From assembly GCA_040005235.1 (NCBI GenBank), contig JBDTZG010000008.1, forward strand, positions 1-64,000: DNA of 64,000 bases, written 5' to 3'. This DNA comes from Acidobacteriota bacterium. GTDB lineage: Bacteria; Acidobacteriota; Thermoanaerobaculia; Multivoradales; UBA5704. Below, in pieces: positions 38,682 to 48,465 of this stretch; within the stretch, counting starts at the first letter, position 1, and every line of letters begins with the position of its first letter. The position numbers were made by a program, and so were the translations under genes. The notes beneath the pieces were generated by a model. The model searched no databases. It was given only the letters and a program-made list of their open reading frames with translations, and was not told the origin of the DNA.

Positions 38682-41600
38682 GGCAGCGACGCCACGGCCG
38701 GGGCGGAAGGCAGGTGGAGCGCGCGGGCGAACGCTTCGCGCACGACCGGGATCTCGACGGCCGCCCTGGGATTCTCGTCGCCGAGCCGAGAGGGAAGATG
38801 GGCGTTGAGAAACCAGAGGAGCGCCACTACGGCAGCCGGCCGCTTACCCGTGCGGAACGCGTCGGCGAATCGGTGGGCGAGCGCCGGGCGGCTCACGGTC
38901 GAATCGGCGCGCCAGAGCCGGCGACGCAGCTCGGTGAGGCCTGGGTCGTCCGGTCGCGCGGCCCCTTCGCCGAGCCAAGCCCCCAAGGTTTCGAGCCACT
39001 CCGAATCGGCCGCGTCGAGGCTCGCCCACACCTGCGCTTCGGCTCGCGCCTCGCTCCCGGTGACCGCTTCGGCCAAGGCGTTCGGAAAGGCGCCGCCCTG
39101 CCACAGCCAACGCTCGCGAAGCAGGAGCCGGCAGGCGGCATCTCGTGGCTCGCCCGGCGGGCAGAGGCGGGCGAGGTCCACCGCGCGCTCCGGGCGGAGC
39201 GGCGCGAGGAGGATCAAGGTCGCCGGTTCGCCCAGAGCGTCGGTCGAGAGGGCGCGCTCGATCCATGAGGTCCGTTCGGCCGCGGTGGCCAGGCAGAGCT
39301 CGAGAATCTTCCGCTCGCGCTCGGAGCGCAATTCACCGAACCCGGATTCGAGCGCCTTGGGGAAGCCTCGCGGCGCCTCTCCCGGCAAGGTTCCAAGGCG
39401 CTCGACCGCGGCGGTGAGGATCGGTGCGAGCGTTGGCCATCCGGCGCGCAGCTCCTCTTTCGCCGGACAGACGCCGAGGCTCTCGGGCAGGAGCGCGAGG
39501 CTGGAAGCCACCCTTTCGTTCCTCCGGGTCCTGCCGCGCGCGTCGCTCCGAAGCGTCTCCGGCAGGTTCGCGAACAGGCGGGCGAGCGCGGCGCGACGAT
39601 CGGGCCAGGGCACCTCCGCCAGAGTGGCGAGCCGGCGCGCCGCCTCGTCGATCTCCAGGTCCGCCCGTGCAGGCTCGCCGGCCGAGCCCAGTGCCGCGAT
39701 CTCGGGTGTCGCGGCGGCGAGCGCGCGGTCCGAATCGAAGCGGAGCGCCGAGCGGAGCAGGCCGAGCGCCGTGCCGCGGTCGGCGGCCTCGCCATGGGCG
39801 GCCTGTTCGAACGCGATCGCGTGACGGGCGAGTGCGAGGAGCGCTGCCGCCCGACCGGGCCCCTGCAGGTCCATCAGATGCCGTGCCGCGATCTCCGGCG
39901 GGTCGAGCGGTAGCTCAGCGAGCGCCGCCAGCGTGCAGATTTCGCCGGTGAGCTCACCGTCTTCGGCGAGCGCTGCGTAGAGCGCCGCCGGCGCGAGGTC
40001 CTCGGTGGGGAACCGCTCGGGCGGCAGCGCGGCGATCCGTGCCAGAAGGAGTCGCCGACGGTCGACCATGCCGTCGCACACCGACCGGGCGCGCCCCATC
40101 CGTTCTTCCGCGTCCTGCGCCGTGGAAGCCCAGCGGCGGGCGAGTTGCTCGCGCAGCTCATCCTCTTCCTCCGGCAAGAGGAGCGGCGCGGCGAGCGCGA
40201 GGCCCCGGAGGTCGCCGCGGATCGCGCACAGGCGAACGGCGGTTTCGATCCTTATCTCCGCACGCAGGGCAAAGCCGGCTCCGGCGTGCGGTGCGACGGC
40301 CGAGGCGTAGGTTTCCGCCTGGGCGATCAACCGTTCGAGCAGCGGCTCGGCGGTGAGCGAGCGGGCGAAGTGCAGCAGATCGGCGGGTGTCCTGCCGGGG
40401 GCGAACGCCGCGCCGTCGAGCAGGCCCGCCGCGCGGCGCGGCAGATCGTTCGCCGCAAGGTCGAGGAAACGGCATACCGACTCGGGCGAGGCGAGGGCCG
40501 GCGCAAAACGACCGTCTTCGAGCCAGACGGCCACGGCCTCCAGCCGGCGCTTGCGCTCGGAGCAAGCCGGCCGCGCCGCAAGGGAGCGCAGCGCGGCGAG
40601 GAGGCGCTCCGGCGGCACTTCGAGCCGTTCGAAGGCGTCTTCCGCTGCGGCGATGCGCCGTTCGCTCGGCTCCACTTCAAGAGCCAGGGCCGTGAGCGCC
40701 GCCCGGGCACCTCGGGAGGGAGCCACGGAGGCCAGCCGGTCGATTTCGGCCGCCGGCAGGCAAGCGAGCAGATCGCGCGCCGAATCGACCCGCTCGGCGT
40801 CGGGAAAATCCGTCCCGTCCAGGCCGATCTCCTCACAGTGCGCGCGCGCCGAAGCGGCGTCTTGAACCGCACGGCCGGTGAGAAACTCGATCTCCAGCCG
40901 CCGCCCGGGTGCCTTCTCTCGGAGGAGCGACAGGATTGCACGCTCCTCGGAGCCGGAGATCTCGCCGAGCCGCCGTGCGAGGGCGGGCCGGTCGTCGTCC
41001 GCCGTTTTGGAGAACGCCCGCCAAAGCCCCTCGGCGGCCGGATCGCCCCGGTCGAGCCAGGCCTCGGCCAACTCGCGGCGGATCGCGCGAGAATCCTCGG
41101 CCGGCAGGCGCGCCAGCCAGGCGCTCCAACGCTCGCCGATCTCCGGGCCGGCACGGCGCGCGGCGCCGCGCAGGCGGCCGAGGGCCGCGGACCGGCCCGG
41201 ATCGCGCGGCGGCAGCTGGGTGCTCTCGACCGTCTCGCGCAGCACCGCGAGCGTGGGCTCGCGGAGGGTTTCGCTCGCCAGTCCCGACGCCACCGCGGCG
41301 AGCGCCTCGACCCGCTGCCAGGGATCGGGCAGCCGCTTGGAGGCATCGATTGCGAGATTCCCCCGGCCGCTCCGCGCGAGCGCCGCGAGCAGCTCCGGCT
41401 CCGCCAGGCCGTCGGCGAGGCCCGAGAGGTGGAGGGCGGTCGCGGCGAAGCGGAGGAAGCGAGGCCAATCGGCCGCCGTGATGGCGAGCGGCAGCGCGTG
41501 CTCCAGCAGGTCGAAGACGCTCGGCTCGAAGCCGCCGAACCGCTCCGCCTGGCGCGCTAGCTGGTCGGTCTCTTCGAGGAGCCGGAACAGCCGAGTGCGA

Positions 41601-41725
41601 TCGCCCGCCGCGGCGAGATGGGCGGCGAGATGGCGCAGCGAATAGTCGGCGCGGAAAGCTTCGAGGTCGGTCGTTTCGGCCTCGTCCGGGCTCTCGTCGG
41701 CCGATGGGGGTGGAGCGAGGCTCAT
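38678..41725 (-). CDS. Alpha-helical repeat protein beginning with a STAND post-WHD helical domain
   Basis: N-terminal 'YSLRHLAAHLAAAGDRTRLFRLL', Ala/Leu/Arg-rich helical repeats; ATGA overlaps at both ends. Confidence 0.7.
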   Translation of the reverse strand: MSLAPPPSADESPDEAETTDLEAFRADYSLRHLAAHLAAAGDRTRLFRLLEETDQLARQAERFGGFEPSVFDLLEHALPLAITAADWPRFLRFAATALHLSGLADGLAEPELLAALARSGRGNLAIDASKRLPDPWQRVEALAAVASGLASETLREPTLAVLRETVESTQLPPRDPGRSAALGRLRGAARRAGPEIGERWSAWLARLPAEDSRAIRRELAEAWLDRGDPAAEGLWRAFSKTADDDRPALARRLGEISGSEERAILSLLREKAPGRRLEIEFLTGRAVQDAASARAHCEEIGLDGTDFPDAERVDSARDLLACLPAAEIDRLASVAPSRGARAALTALALEVEPSERRIAAAEDAFERLEVPPERLLAALRSLAARPACSERKRRLEAVAVWLEDGRFAPALASPESVCRFLDLAANDLPRRAAGLLDGAAFAPGRTPADLLHFARSLTAEPLLERLIAQAETYASAVAPHAGAGFALRAEIRIETAVRLCAIRGDLRGLALAAPLLLPEEEDELREQLARRWASTAQDAEERMGRARSVCDGMVDRRRLLLARIAALPPERFPTEDLAPAALYAALAEDGELTGEICTLAALAELPLDPPEIAARHLMDLQGPGRAAALLALARHAIAFEQAAHGEAADRGTALGLLRSALRFDSDRALAAATPEIAALGSAGEPARADLEIDEAARRLATLAEVPWPDRRAALARLFANLPETLRSDARGRTRRNERVASSLALLPESLGVCPAKEELRAGWPTLAPILTAAVERLGTLPGEAPRGFPKALESGFGELRSERERKILELCLATAAERTSWIERALSTDALGEPATLILLAPLRPERAVDLARLCPPGEPRDAACRLLLRERWLWQGGAFPNALAEAVTGSEARAEAQVWASLDAADSEWLETLGAWLGEGAARPDDPGLTELRRRLWRADSTVSRPALAHRFADAFRTGKRPAAVVALLWFLNAHLPSRLGDENPRAAVEIPVVREAFARALHLPSAPAVASLP

Positions 41726-44004
41726 CGGGCGCCGAAAAGAAACTCTGCGAACCGCTGGTTCATCTCGGCGAGGCGTACCCGCTCGTCCTCGATCTGGTCC
41801 TTGCCCGCGATGAAATCGTGGAAGCTCGCATGGTAGAGCCGGTAGCGCTTGCCCCCTTCCGGAGAGCGAACGACGGAAAGGAAGGGCGCCCAGTCATCGA
41901 GCACCCGCCGTACCCGGTGCCGGTCCGAGACCCCGGCGAGCGCGCCGATCCACTCGAACGGCAGCGGTTCACGCGCCGCGGAGAGCGCCGCGAGCACCGG
42001 CAGGCGCTCCCCGTACCAAGTGGCCTCGTCGGCGGTCTTCATTCGCCGCCAGAGGTTGTCGTAGTAGTTCGCGAGGCCCTGCGGCAGCTCGTCGAGCGAG
42101 CCCCCGCCTCTCGCCTCGGCGGCCTCGATCTCGGGCAGGACGTAGCGAAGGTACATGAAGTTTCCTTCGCTCTTCTCCGCAAGGTCGGCGACGAACCGCT
42201 CGATCGAAAGGCCGCGTCGCTCGCGATAGGCGGCGATTCCGGGGCGTTCTGCGGCGCGCTCCAGATACTCGGTCACGTCCGCCCGGTTTTCCAGCGAGGA
42301 CGCGACGATCTCATCGGTCTCGATCCGCTCGGCGCGGAGCGGAATCTCGCCGCGCCGGGCGGTGACCAGAGCGAACACGCCGGCCGGCAAAATCGGCGGC
42401 AGATAGAGCAGGTTGGATCCGCCGGACTGGGCGCCGGTGTCCGCCTCGTCGAGCGCGTCGACCAAAAAGAACGCCCGCTCGCCGGGAGCCAGACGGCCGG
42501 AAACCTGGTCCAGGATCGACATCAGGAACTGGCCGCTATCGCCGCCCTCGGGCGGAAGTGAGCGAGCGAGGCCATAGGCGGCGATCAGCTGGGTGCATAA
42601 CGAACGGAGAAACTGGCCCGGGGTCTGGTTACCGCTCTGACGCTGGTTGAAATATCGAGGGTAGCCTCTCGCCTGGGCGAGCTTCGCGACGACCGCCGTC
42701 TTGCCGATCCCCGGATCGCCCCGAAGGAGAAAATAGCCGCTCTCGGACTTTTCCGCGAACGCATCGATCCGGTCGAACAGCCAGCGACGCCCGGCGAAGT
42801 CGCGGGTCTTCTCGGCGATCAGGCCGCGAAAGTCGGAGAGCGCCTTGCGCGCCCCCGCCCCCGGTCCGGTTCCTACCCCCGCGAGCGGCTCGACGAGCGC
42901 CATGTCCCCCTGCCGGAGGAAGAGGACCGGCACCGCAAACTCGGCGCTCTTGGGTTTCGCCGTATGCACCGCGAGGCGGGCCTCGCCCATCGCGGCTTCG
43001 AGCGGCAGCCCCAACGCCAGCTGGGTATAGAGAGCATGGGTGAAGGCGATGGCGTTTGAATCGCGCACCGACATCTGCATCGCGATCACCGCCGGAACCC
43101 CCGCGAGCACCAGAGCGGCGCCGACGCTCTGAAACGCGTCGCGCTCAATGGCGGCGGCGACGCGCCCCCCTTCGCAGGCGGAGAGAACGACCAGGCGCAA
43201 CTCGTCGCAGTCCTGAAGATGGTCGGCGAGGACTCGCCCCGAGACCGTCACTGGCGCCCGGCGGTCGGAGGAAAAGATGAGCATCCCCTCGCCAGTCTGC
43301 TCGTCGAGCTTGCCATGGCCGATCCAGTGGAGCATATGGACGGCGTCTTCACCCCAGGTCCGAAGCTCCGCGCGCAGGCCGGCGGGCTCGGGATCGGCCA
43401 GAAAGGAAAGCGACAGGCCGGGCACCTTGGAGAGGACCTGTTCGATCGTCAGAAATTCGCCCGCCACGTCGAGCCTCGGCTCCATCTTGGCGTCGCTCCA
43501 GGCGGTCAGAAGCCGAAGCGGGGTGGCGAGCGGTGGGCGGACGCCCCTTGGGACGAAGATCCGCCGCACCACCGGAGTCTTGGCCCCGAGCGCAAGAAAC
43601 TGACGCCGCTCTCGCCGATAGAGCAGCTCCCAGGGAAGGGCCGCGAGCGGAGCCAGCTCCGGCCGTTCGAGATCGAACCCGAGCTCGATCCGCAGACCCG
43701 CCTCGGCATCCCCTTCGATCTTCTCAGCCGCCGCGGCGAAGCGCTCGCCGACCTTCCCCGCGAACAGCCCGTCGAAGAGCCGCGCACCGATCTCTTCCGC
43801 AGCCATCGGCTCCGGTGCTGCAGGCTCCTCGCCACGAGCGGAGCCGGGGGGAACCAGCGCCGCGAGCACCGAAGGCAGCTCGGCCGGCTCGAACGGCATC
43901 CGCAGCGTGCCTTCGGCATCCCCCACCAGGCGCGAGCGAAGGCGAACGGCGAAGTCTCCGCCGTTCACCGGCTCGAAAGTGAGCTGAAGCTCCTCATAGC
44001 GCAC
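41722..44004 (-). CDS. CHAT (caspase-like) protease fused to STAND/NACHT-like NTPase
   Basis: CHAT: LPWELL, HWIGHG, VLSACEG, VIAMQ; NTPase: FAGRRW, GDPGIGKT, LVDALDE, VTAR, EGNFMY, YRLYHASF; GGAGG RBS before GTG. Confidence 0.9.
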   Translation of the reverse strand: MRYEELQLTFEPVNGGDFAVRLRSRLVGDAEGTLRMPFEPAELPSVLAALVPPGSARGEEPAAPEPMAAEEIGARLFDGLFAGKVGERFAAAAEKIEGDAEAGLRIELGFDLERPELAPLAALPWELLYRRERRQFLALGAKTPVVRRIFVPRGVRPPLATPLRLLTAWSDAKMEPRLDVAGEFLTIEQVLSKVPGLSLSFLADPEPAGLRAELRTWGEDAVHMLHWIGHGKLDEQTGEGMLIFSSDRRAPVTVSGRVLADHLQDCDELRLVVLSACEGGRVAAAIERDAFQSVGAALVLAGVPAVIAMQMSVRDSNAIAFTHALYTQLALGLPLEAAMGEARLAVHTAKPKSAEFAVPVLFLRQGDMALVEPLAGVGTGPGAGARKALSDFRGLIAEKTRDFAGRRWLFDRIDAFAEKSESGYFLLRGDPGIGKTAVVAKLAQARGYPRYFNQRQSGNQTPGQFLRSLCTQLIAAYGLARSLPPEGGDSGQFLMSILDQVSGRLAPGERAFFLVDALDEADTGAQSGGSNLLYLPPILPAGVFALVTARRGEIPLRAERIETDEIVASSLENRADVTEYLERAAERPGIAAYRERRGLSIERFVADLAEKSEGNFMYLRYVLPEIEAAEARGGGSLDELPQGLANYYDNLWRRMKTADEATWYGERLPVLAALSAAREPLPFEWIGALAGVSDRHRVRRVLDDWAPFLSVVRSPEGGKRYRLYHASFHDFIAGKDQIEDERVRLAEMNQRFAEFLFGAR

Positions 44005-44204
44005 CGGGCACCTCCCCTCGCTTTGGTGTCGCGCGATTACCGCTCGGGCTTGCGCGAATAGTAATCCTGCGGGCCGGTTCGTTGGGGCGATCGATTCTGG
44101 TATTGAACGCGAGAAATTGCAGAACCGCGGCTCTTATCGGAACAGATCTTGCAGCTCCTTCTCAACCACGCTCGCTTGGAACGTGGTCGAAAGAGGAGTC
44201 CTGC

Positions 44205-45374
44205 ATGACGAAGATTTTCCTGTTGAACCGTCTGTGCGGCCTGGGTTTCGTGGCCGCGCTTGGCCTTTTGGGCATGGCCTTGCCGGCCACGGCCCAGACT
44301 TGCGATGGCTCGGGGGATGGCACCTGGAACGGCTGTCGCGGCACGGGTTGCCATGTCTGCTCGGAAAAGGTTTCCGCCTATGGCTGCTACTTTCTCAACC
44401 ACCCGTCCTGCATTCAGAACACCACGTGCGCCGGCCAGTTCTTCGATTGCGACGCGGGTTGCCCGCCGCCCACGGAAGCCGATCTCTGCGGCGCGACCAG
44501 CAAAGATGGCGACACTTTGTCCGACGTGCTGGAAGACCAGCTGGTTTGGCGCTTTGCCCCGGTCGTCCGCCTGCATCCGAGCGATTCGTACCGGCCGAGC
44601 AGCGCGGACTGGTACATGGCGCGGACCCAGATGAGGTTCGATCATTCCGGTTGCTCGGATGATCAGATTCTCAACAAAGGGCAGGTCACGACCAACAACA
44701 TCGACCTGCAGGCGCACCAGAACAAGAACGGCTGGCCGAGCTGCAGCCACAACAGCTCGGTGCAGTACTCCGACATGAGGACGTCCAACAGTCGGTTCTT
44801 CCTACAGATCCCGAACGACTCCGCCGAGCTGACCACCCGCCTCGGGGCTTCCTCGACCGACTGGACCTGCTATGCGCACGTGCGCTTCGCGCCGGGTTCG
44901 ACTACCCAGTACGACATTCAGTATTGGTTCTTCTTTCCCTACAACGGCGCTCTCGCGGTGGGCCAGGGCGGTCACGAGGGGGACTGGGAGCACATCACCG
45001 TCCGCGTCCAGAGCGACGGGACGACGCTCTCCCAGGTCTACTTCTCGGCGCATGACAACGAGGGGCAGTGGTACCTGCCCGGGCAGATCTCTTACACCAC
45101 CGACGGCCGGCCGGTCGCCTATTCGGCGATCAACAGCCACGCGAGCTACCCTTCGGCGGGCACCTGGAGCCGCGGCATCTTGCCGGCCGACCAAACCGCC
45201 GACGGCGGTCCGGCCTGGGACTGCCGCCGTAGCGTCTGGAACGTCGGCGAGGGCGGATTGCCGCTCAACAAAGGTCGCTACTGGCTGAATTACAGCGGAC
45301 GCTGGGGCGAGATCGGCGAGATCTTCAGCGGCCCGTGGGGCCCCGCATACCAGGCGTACTGGACCGTAAACTAG
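44205..45374 (+). CDS. Secreted Vps62-like protein with Cys-rich N-terminal domain
   Basis: Signal peptide; CDG..WNGCRGTGC..C..YFLNHPSC domain; FAPVVRLHPSD, QYWFFFPYNG, HEGDWEH, YFSAH, SHASY. Confidence 0.8.
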   Translation: MTKIFLLNRLCGLGFVAALGLLGMALPATAQTCDGSGDGTWNGCRGTGCHVCSEKVSAYGCYFLNHPSCIQNTTCAGQFFDCDAGCPPPTEADLCGATSKDGDTLSDVLEDQLVWRFAPVVRLHPSDSYRPSSADWYMARTQMRFDHSGCSDDQILNKGQVTTNNIDLQAHQNKNGWPSCSHNSSVQYSDMRTSNSRFFLQIPNDSAELTTRLGASSTDWTCYAHVRFAPGSTTQYDIQYWFFFPYNGALAVGQGGHEGDWEHITVRVQSDGTTLSQVYFSAHDNEGQWYLPGQISYTTDGRPVAYSAINSHASYPSAGTWSRGILPADQTADGGPAWDCRRSVWNVGEGGLPLNKGRYWLNYSGRWGEIGEIFSGPWGPAYQAYWTVN

Positions 45375-45421
45375 ATTCCGCCTCGCTGGGAGGGGAGGGG
45401 GCCGAACCCCTGAAGGGCAGC

Positions 45422-45820
45422 CTACGGCTCGTTCTCCACCCCTTCGGCCGGCGGCGGACCCACATCGGCGTCTTCGGAGAGCGGCGCCGCCGAGGTGAGT
45501 CCTTCTTCCAACAGCTCGCGCGCTTCTTCCAGGCGTTCGGAGGGGACTTCGATCTGCACCGGGGTCATGGGATTGAAGCCCGGCGCGAAAGCGAACAGGT
45601 CGCTTCCGTCTTCGCCATCGGTTGCGAAGGGAATGCCCGCCTCGGTGAGCATCTCTTCGGCTGCAGCGATGGCGTTGGGATCGGTGGTTTCGAACGCGAC
45701 GTCGAGGTCGGAATTGGGGGTCTCTTCGTTCGGAGGAAGCTCGGGGAGGAGCGTAATTCCGCAATCAGTGCAGGTGGTGAATCCCTCGCGATATTCAGTA
45801 CGGCAGCTCGGGCAGAACAT
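45422..45820 (-). CDS. Zinc-ribbon + DUF2007-like small protein
   Basis: MFCPSCRTEYREGFTTCTDCG; L.EAGIP, I.VP....EEARELL. Confidence 0.85.
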   Translation of the reverse strand: MFCPSCRTEYREGFTTCTDCGITLLPELPPNEETPNSDLDVAFETTDPNAIAAAEEMLTEAGIPFATDGEDGSDLFAFAPGFNPMTPVQIEVPSERLEEARELLEEGLTSAAPLSEDADVGPPPAEGVENEP

Positions 45821-45890
45821 GGAGATCTCCTTTCACAGGCTGGCAGGAAAAGATTCAAGAACGAGATGATCCTAGCAGGTGCGCCGCGCT

Positions 45891-47537
45891 TCACGGCTTG
45901 CCGCAAAGCCGGCTGAGAAAATCGCCGGGCCGCTGTCCTAAGGGCGAATCCCCGATCAGAACCGAGTAGCTCGGCGGAAAGAACGTCACCTCGCCGGTGA
46001 CGCCCGCGCGCGCCGCCTGGGCTTTCACCTCATCGGGCCAATAGGCGAGGAGGGCGAAGCGCTGGGGGACCTGGCGGAGTCCTTCGCCGTAATGGTAGAG
46101 ATCGGCGTGGGTGTCGCAGGGCACGCCCCGAATCCACTCTTGCGAGGCGAAGTTGAGGGGATAGACCAGCCAATAGTCGCCGGCCACGAGGGTCACCCCT
46201 TGCCGACGGAGCAGGCCGAGCACCTGCCACTCTCCGGAAGCCGCGGCGTGCAGACGCTGGCGCATTAGGGTATTCGGCCAGAAATAGACGCTCGCCGAGT
46301 AGAGGGCCACGAGCGCCGCGAGCACGCCGGCCAGGACCGGACCCCAGGTGCGGCGCCAGGTGCTCAATGCGGCGAGGAAGATTCCCAAGGCGAGCGGTGC
46401 GAGAAGGTAGATCGGCAGCACGTAGCGCACGGTGAGGCCGCGGCTCCCTCCGGCTGCGGAAAGGACGTTGATCGCGACGGTGGCACCGATCAACAGCAGG
46501 GCGAGCACGCGCCGGTGTGGGTTGGCCTCGGTGTTCTTTTTCTTGGCCGGAATGGCGCCGGCTTCGGAAATTGCGCTCCGGTCGCCCCAGATGAAGAAGA
46601 AGGCGAAGGCCAGGAAGTAGACCGCGGCGGCGGGGAAGCGGAGCGCGCGGGTGAGGGGACCGGGAGGGCTAGGGCCCCCCTCCGGATCGGTCGACACGAA
46701 CAGCTCGGGCAGCTTGTAGGTGGAGAGGAAGTCGAGGTTGTCGATCACGCTCGCCCGATCGAGCGCCGGCCGGGCGACCGAGTTGGCGCCGTTGAACGAG
46801 GCGAGCGGATGCACGACGTTGTAGCCGATCCAGGGGGAGGCGCCGACCAGAAACCCCGCGAGCGCGAGCAGGCCGATCCGGGCGAGACGCAGAAGGCTCG
46901 ATCGTAAGGTCTCGGACCCGGGCCGTCGGAAGTGCAAGCGGAGGACCAGCCAGGCGATCACCGGCAAGGTCACGCAGAGGGTCTGGAGTGATGCCCACCA
47001 GGAGAGCCCGACGACTCCGCCGAATGCGAGCCAGAGGCCGCGCCGTTCCGGCTCGTCGGCCACCCACGCGGCGAGCCAGAGGGTGGCCGCTGCGAGCGCG
47101 AGCGTCACCGAATAGCCGTTCGGCTGATCCGTCCAGTAGAGGAACGCGGGGGAGGGGAGCGCCGCCGCGACCAGCCCCCATCGCGCGGCGGCAGGCCCGG
47201 CGAGACGGCGCACGAACAGCCAGGAAAAGAGCATTCCGAGCGAGCTGGCGAGCCAGGGCGCGTAGCCCATCGCCTGGCGCGTCGGACCGAGGATCAGAAA
47301 TGCGAGCGCGTGAAGGTACGACTCGATCGCGCCGATCCGGACGCCGTTGTAAAACACCTGAAGATCGCCGGCCAGGATGCGCAGCGCGCACAGACCGGTC
47401 TGGATGCAGTCCGCATCGGCCTGGAACTTGGTGACCGGAAAGATGATGACGAACCGCAAGGCGACCCCCGCAGCGAACAGCGCCGCGGTCGCGAGTCCGG
47501 CGATTGTGATCGAGTGGGAGAGCGACGGCCGCTTCAT
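45891..47537 (-). CDS. GT-C-like (ArnT/PMT-type) membrane glycosyltransferase
   Basis: N-terminal TM followed by 'ADAD', multiple TMs, GVVGLSWW, RYVLP, GDYW. Confidence 0.65.
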   Translation of the reverse strand: MKRPSLSHSITIAGLATAALFAAGVALRFVIIFPVTKFQADADCIQTGLCALRILAGDLQVFYNGVRIGAIESYLHALAFLILGPTRQAMGYAPWLASSLGMLFSWLFVRRLAGPAAARWGLVAAALPSPAFLYWTDQPNGYSVTLALAAATLWLAAWVADEPERRGLWLAFGGVVGLSWWASLQTLCVTLPVIAWLVLRLHFRRPGSETLRSSLLRLARIGLLALAGFLVGASPWIGYNVVHPLASFNGANSVARPALDRASVIDNLDFLSTYKLPELFVSTDPEGGPSPPGPLTRALRFPAAAVYFLAFAFFFIWGDRSAISEAGAIPAKKKNTEANPHRRVLALLLIGATVAINVLSAAGGSRGLTVRYVLPIYLLAPLALGIFLAALSTWRRTWGPVLAGVLAALVALYSASVYFWPNTLMRQRLHAAASGEWQVLGLLRRQGVTLVAGDYWLVYPLNFASQEWIRGVPCDTHADLYHYGEGLRQVPQRFALLAYWPDEVKAQAARAGVTGEVTFFPPSYSVLIGDSPLGQRPGDFLSRLCGKP

Positions 47538-47562
47538 GCCGGCTTTGCGGCCTTCACGCAAT

Positions 47563-48291
47563 TCAAAGGGGGCGCCGGGCCACGAGAAGGAGCTCGGCGC
47601 CGAGTGCGGGGAGAACGCGGCGTTCGAGCTCGAGCAGCCCGGCCGCGAGCCGGCGCGAGAGGGGAGCCACGAACGGCGCGGCGACGAAGAAGGTCTCGGC
47701 GCTCACCGGTTCGAAGCCCGCTTCGGCGACCGCGCGCGTCAGACTCTTCCGGTTGAACAGGCCGAGATGCTGCTGGCGGTAGTCGACCGGGCCGACGAGG
47801 CTCACCAACCATTCGAGCAGCGGCCAGAGGCTCTTGGCGTTCGGAGTCGAGAGGATCAAATGACCGCCCGGGCGGAGCACGGCGTAGGCGTCGCGCAGGA
47901 ACCCGCCGACCTCGGCCGGGGGCAGGTGCTCGATCACCTCGACGCTCACCACGGCGTCAAATCGCCTTTCGAGCGCGGCGTCGCGCACGTCGGCGACGCG
48001 GAACTCGAATCCCGGGCGGGAGTAATGTTCCTGCGCGTAGGCGATCTGGGGCTCGGCGAGATCGATGCCGAGCGCGGTCTCGACCGGCCGCTTCAGGTTG
48101 CCGAGAAACGTCCCCGGGCCGCAGCCGAGATCGAGCAGGCTTTTGCAATCCACCGGCAGCTTCGACTCGACCAGGCGCAGGCGGTGGTGGTGCCAGAACC
48201 ACTGGACCCCGCGGCCGCGTCGGTACACCTTGTCGTAATAGCCTGGTTCGATCTCCAGGTAATGGTCGAGTCGGAACGTCGTATCACGCAC
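47563..48291 (-). CDS. Class I SAM-dependent methyltransferase
   Basis: LLDLGCGPG, GID, FDAVVSVEVIEH, LRPGGHLILSTPN; start approximate. Confidence 0.88.
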   Translation of the reverse strand: MRDTTFRLDHYLEIEPGYYDKVYRRGRGVQWFWHHHRLRLVESKLPVDCKSLLDLGCGPGTFLGNLKRPVETALGIDLAEPQIAYAQEHYSRPGFEFRVADVRDAALERRFDAVVSVEVIEHLPPAEVGGFLRDAYAVLRPGGHLILSTPNAKSLWPLLEWLVSLVGPVDYRQQHLGLFNRKSLTRAVAEAGFEPVSAETFFVAAPFVAPLSRRLAAGLLELERRVLPALGAELLLVARRPL

Positions 48292-48465
48292 GCAGGATCT
48301 CGGGCTCCTGCCGGGTCGGCGGGGTACGAGGGCGAGGGTGCGGAACCTTTGCGGGTGGCGACATTCCGATATTTTATCCGGAACTCCCACTTGGATGCAT
48401 GGAACCACCCCCGGAAGGCCGCCGCTCGGGCCAATCCCGCCGACGACCTCTCCGCGGGAGCCGCA

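Noticed and set aside
41700-41760. Frameshift artefact fusing the STAND NTPase and helical-repeat gene
   Set aside because: The clean ATGA overlap and plausible termini favour two genes; a read check is still advisable given other lesions in the window.
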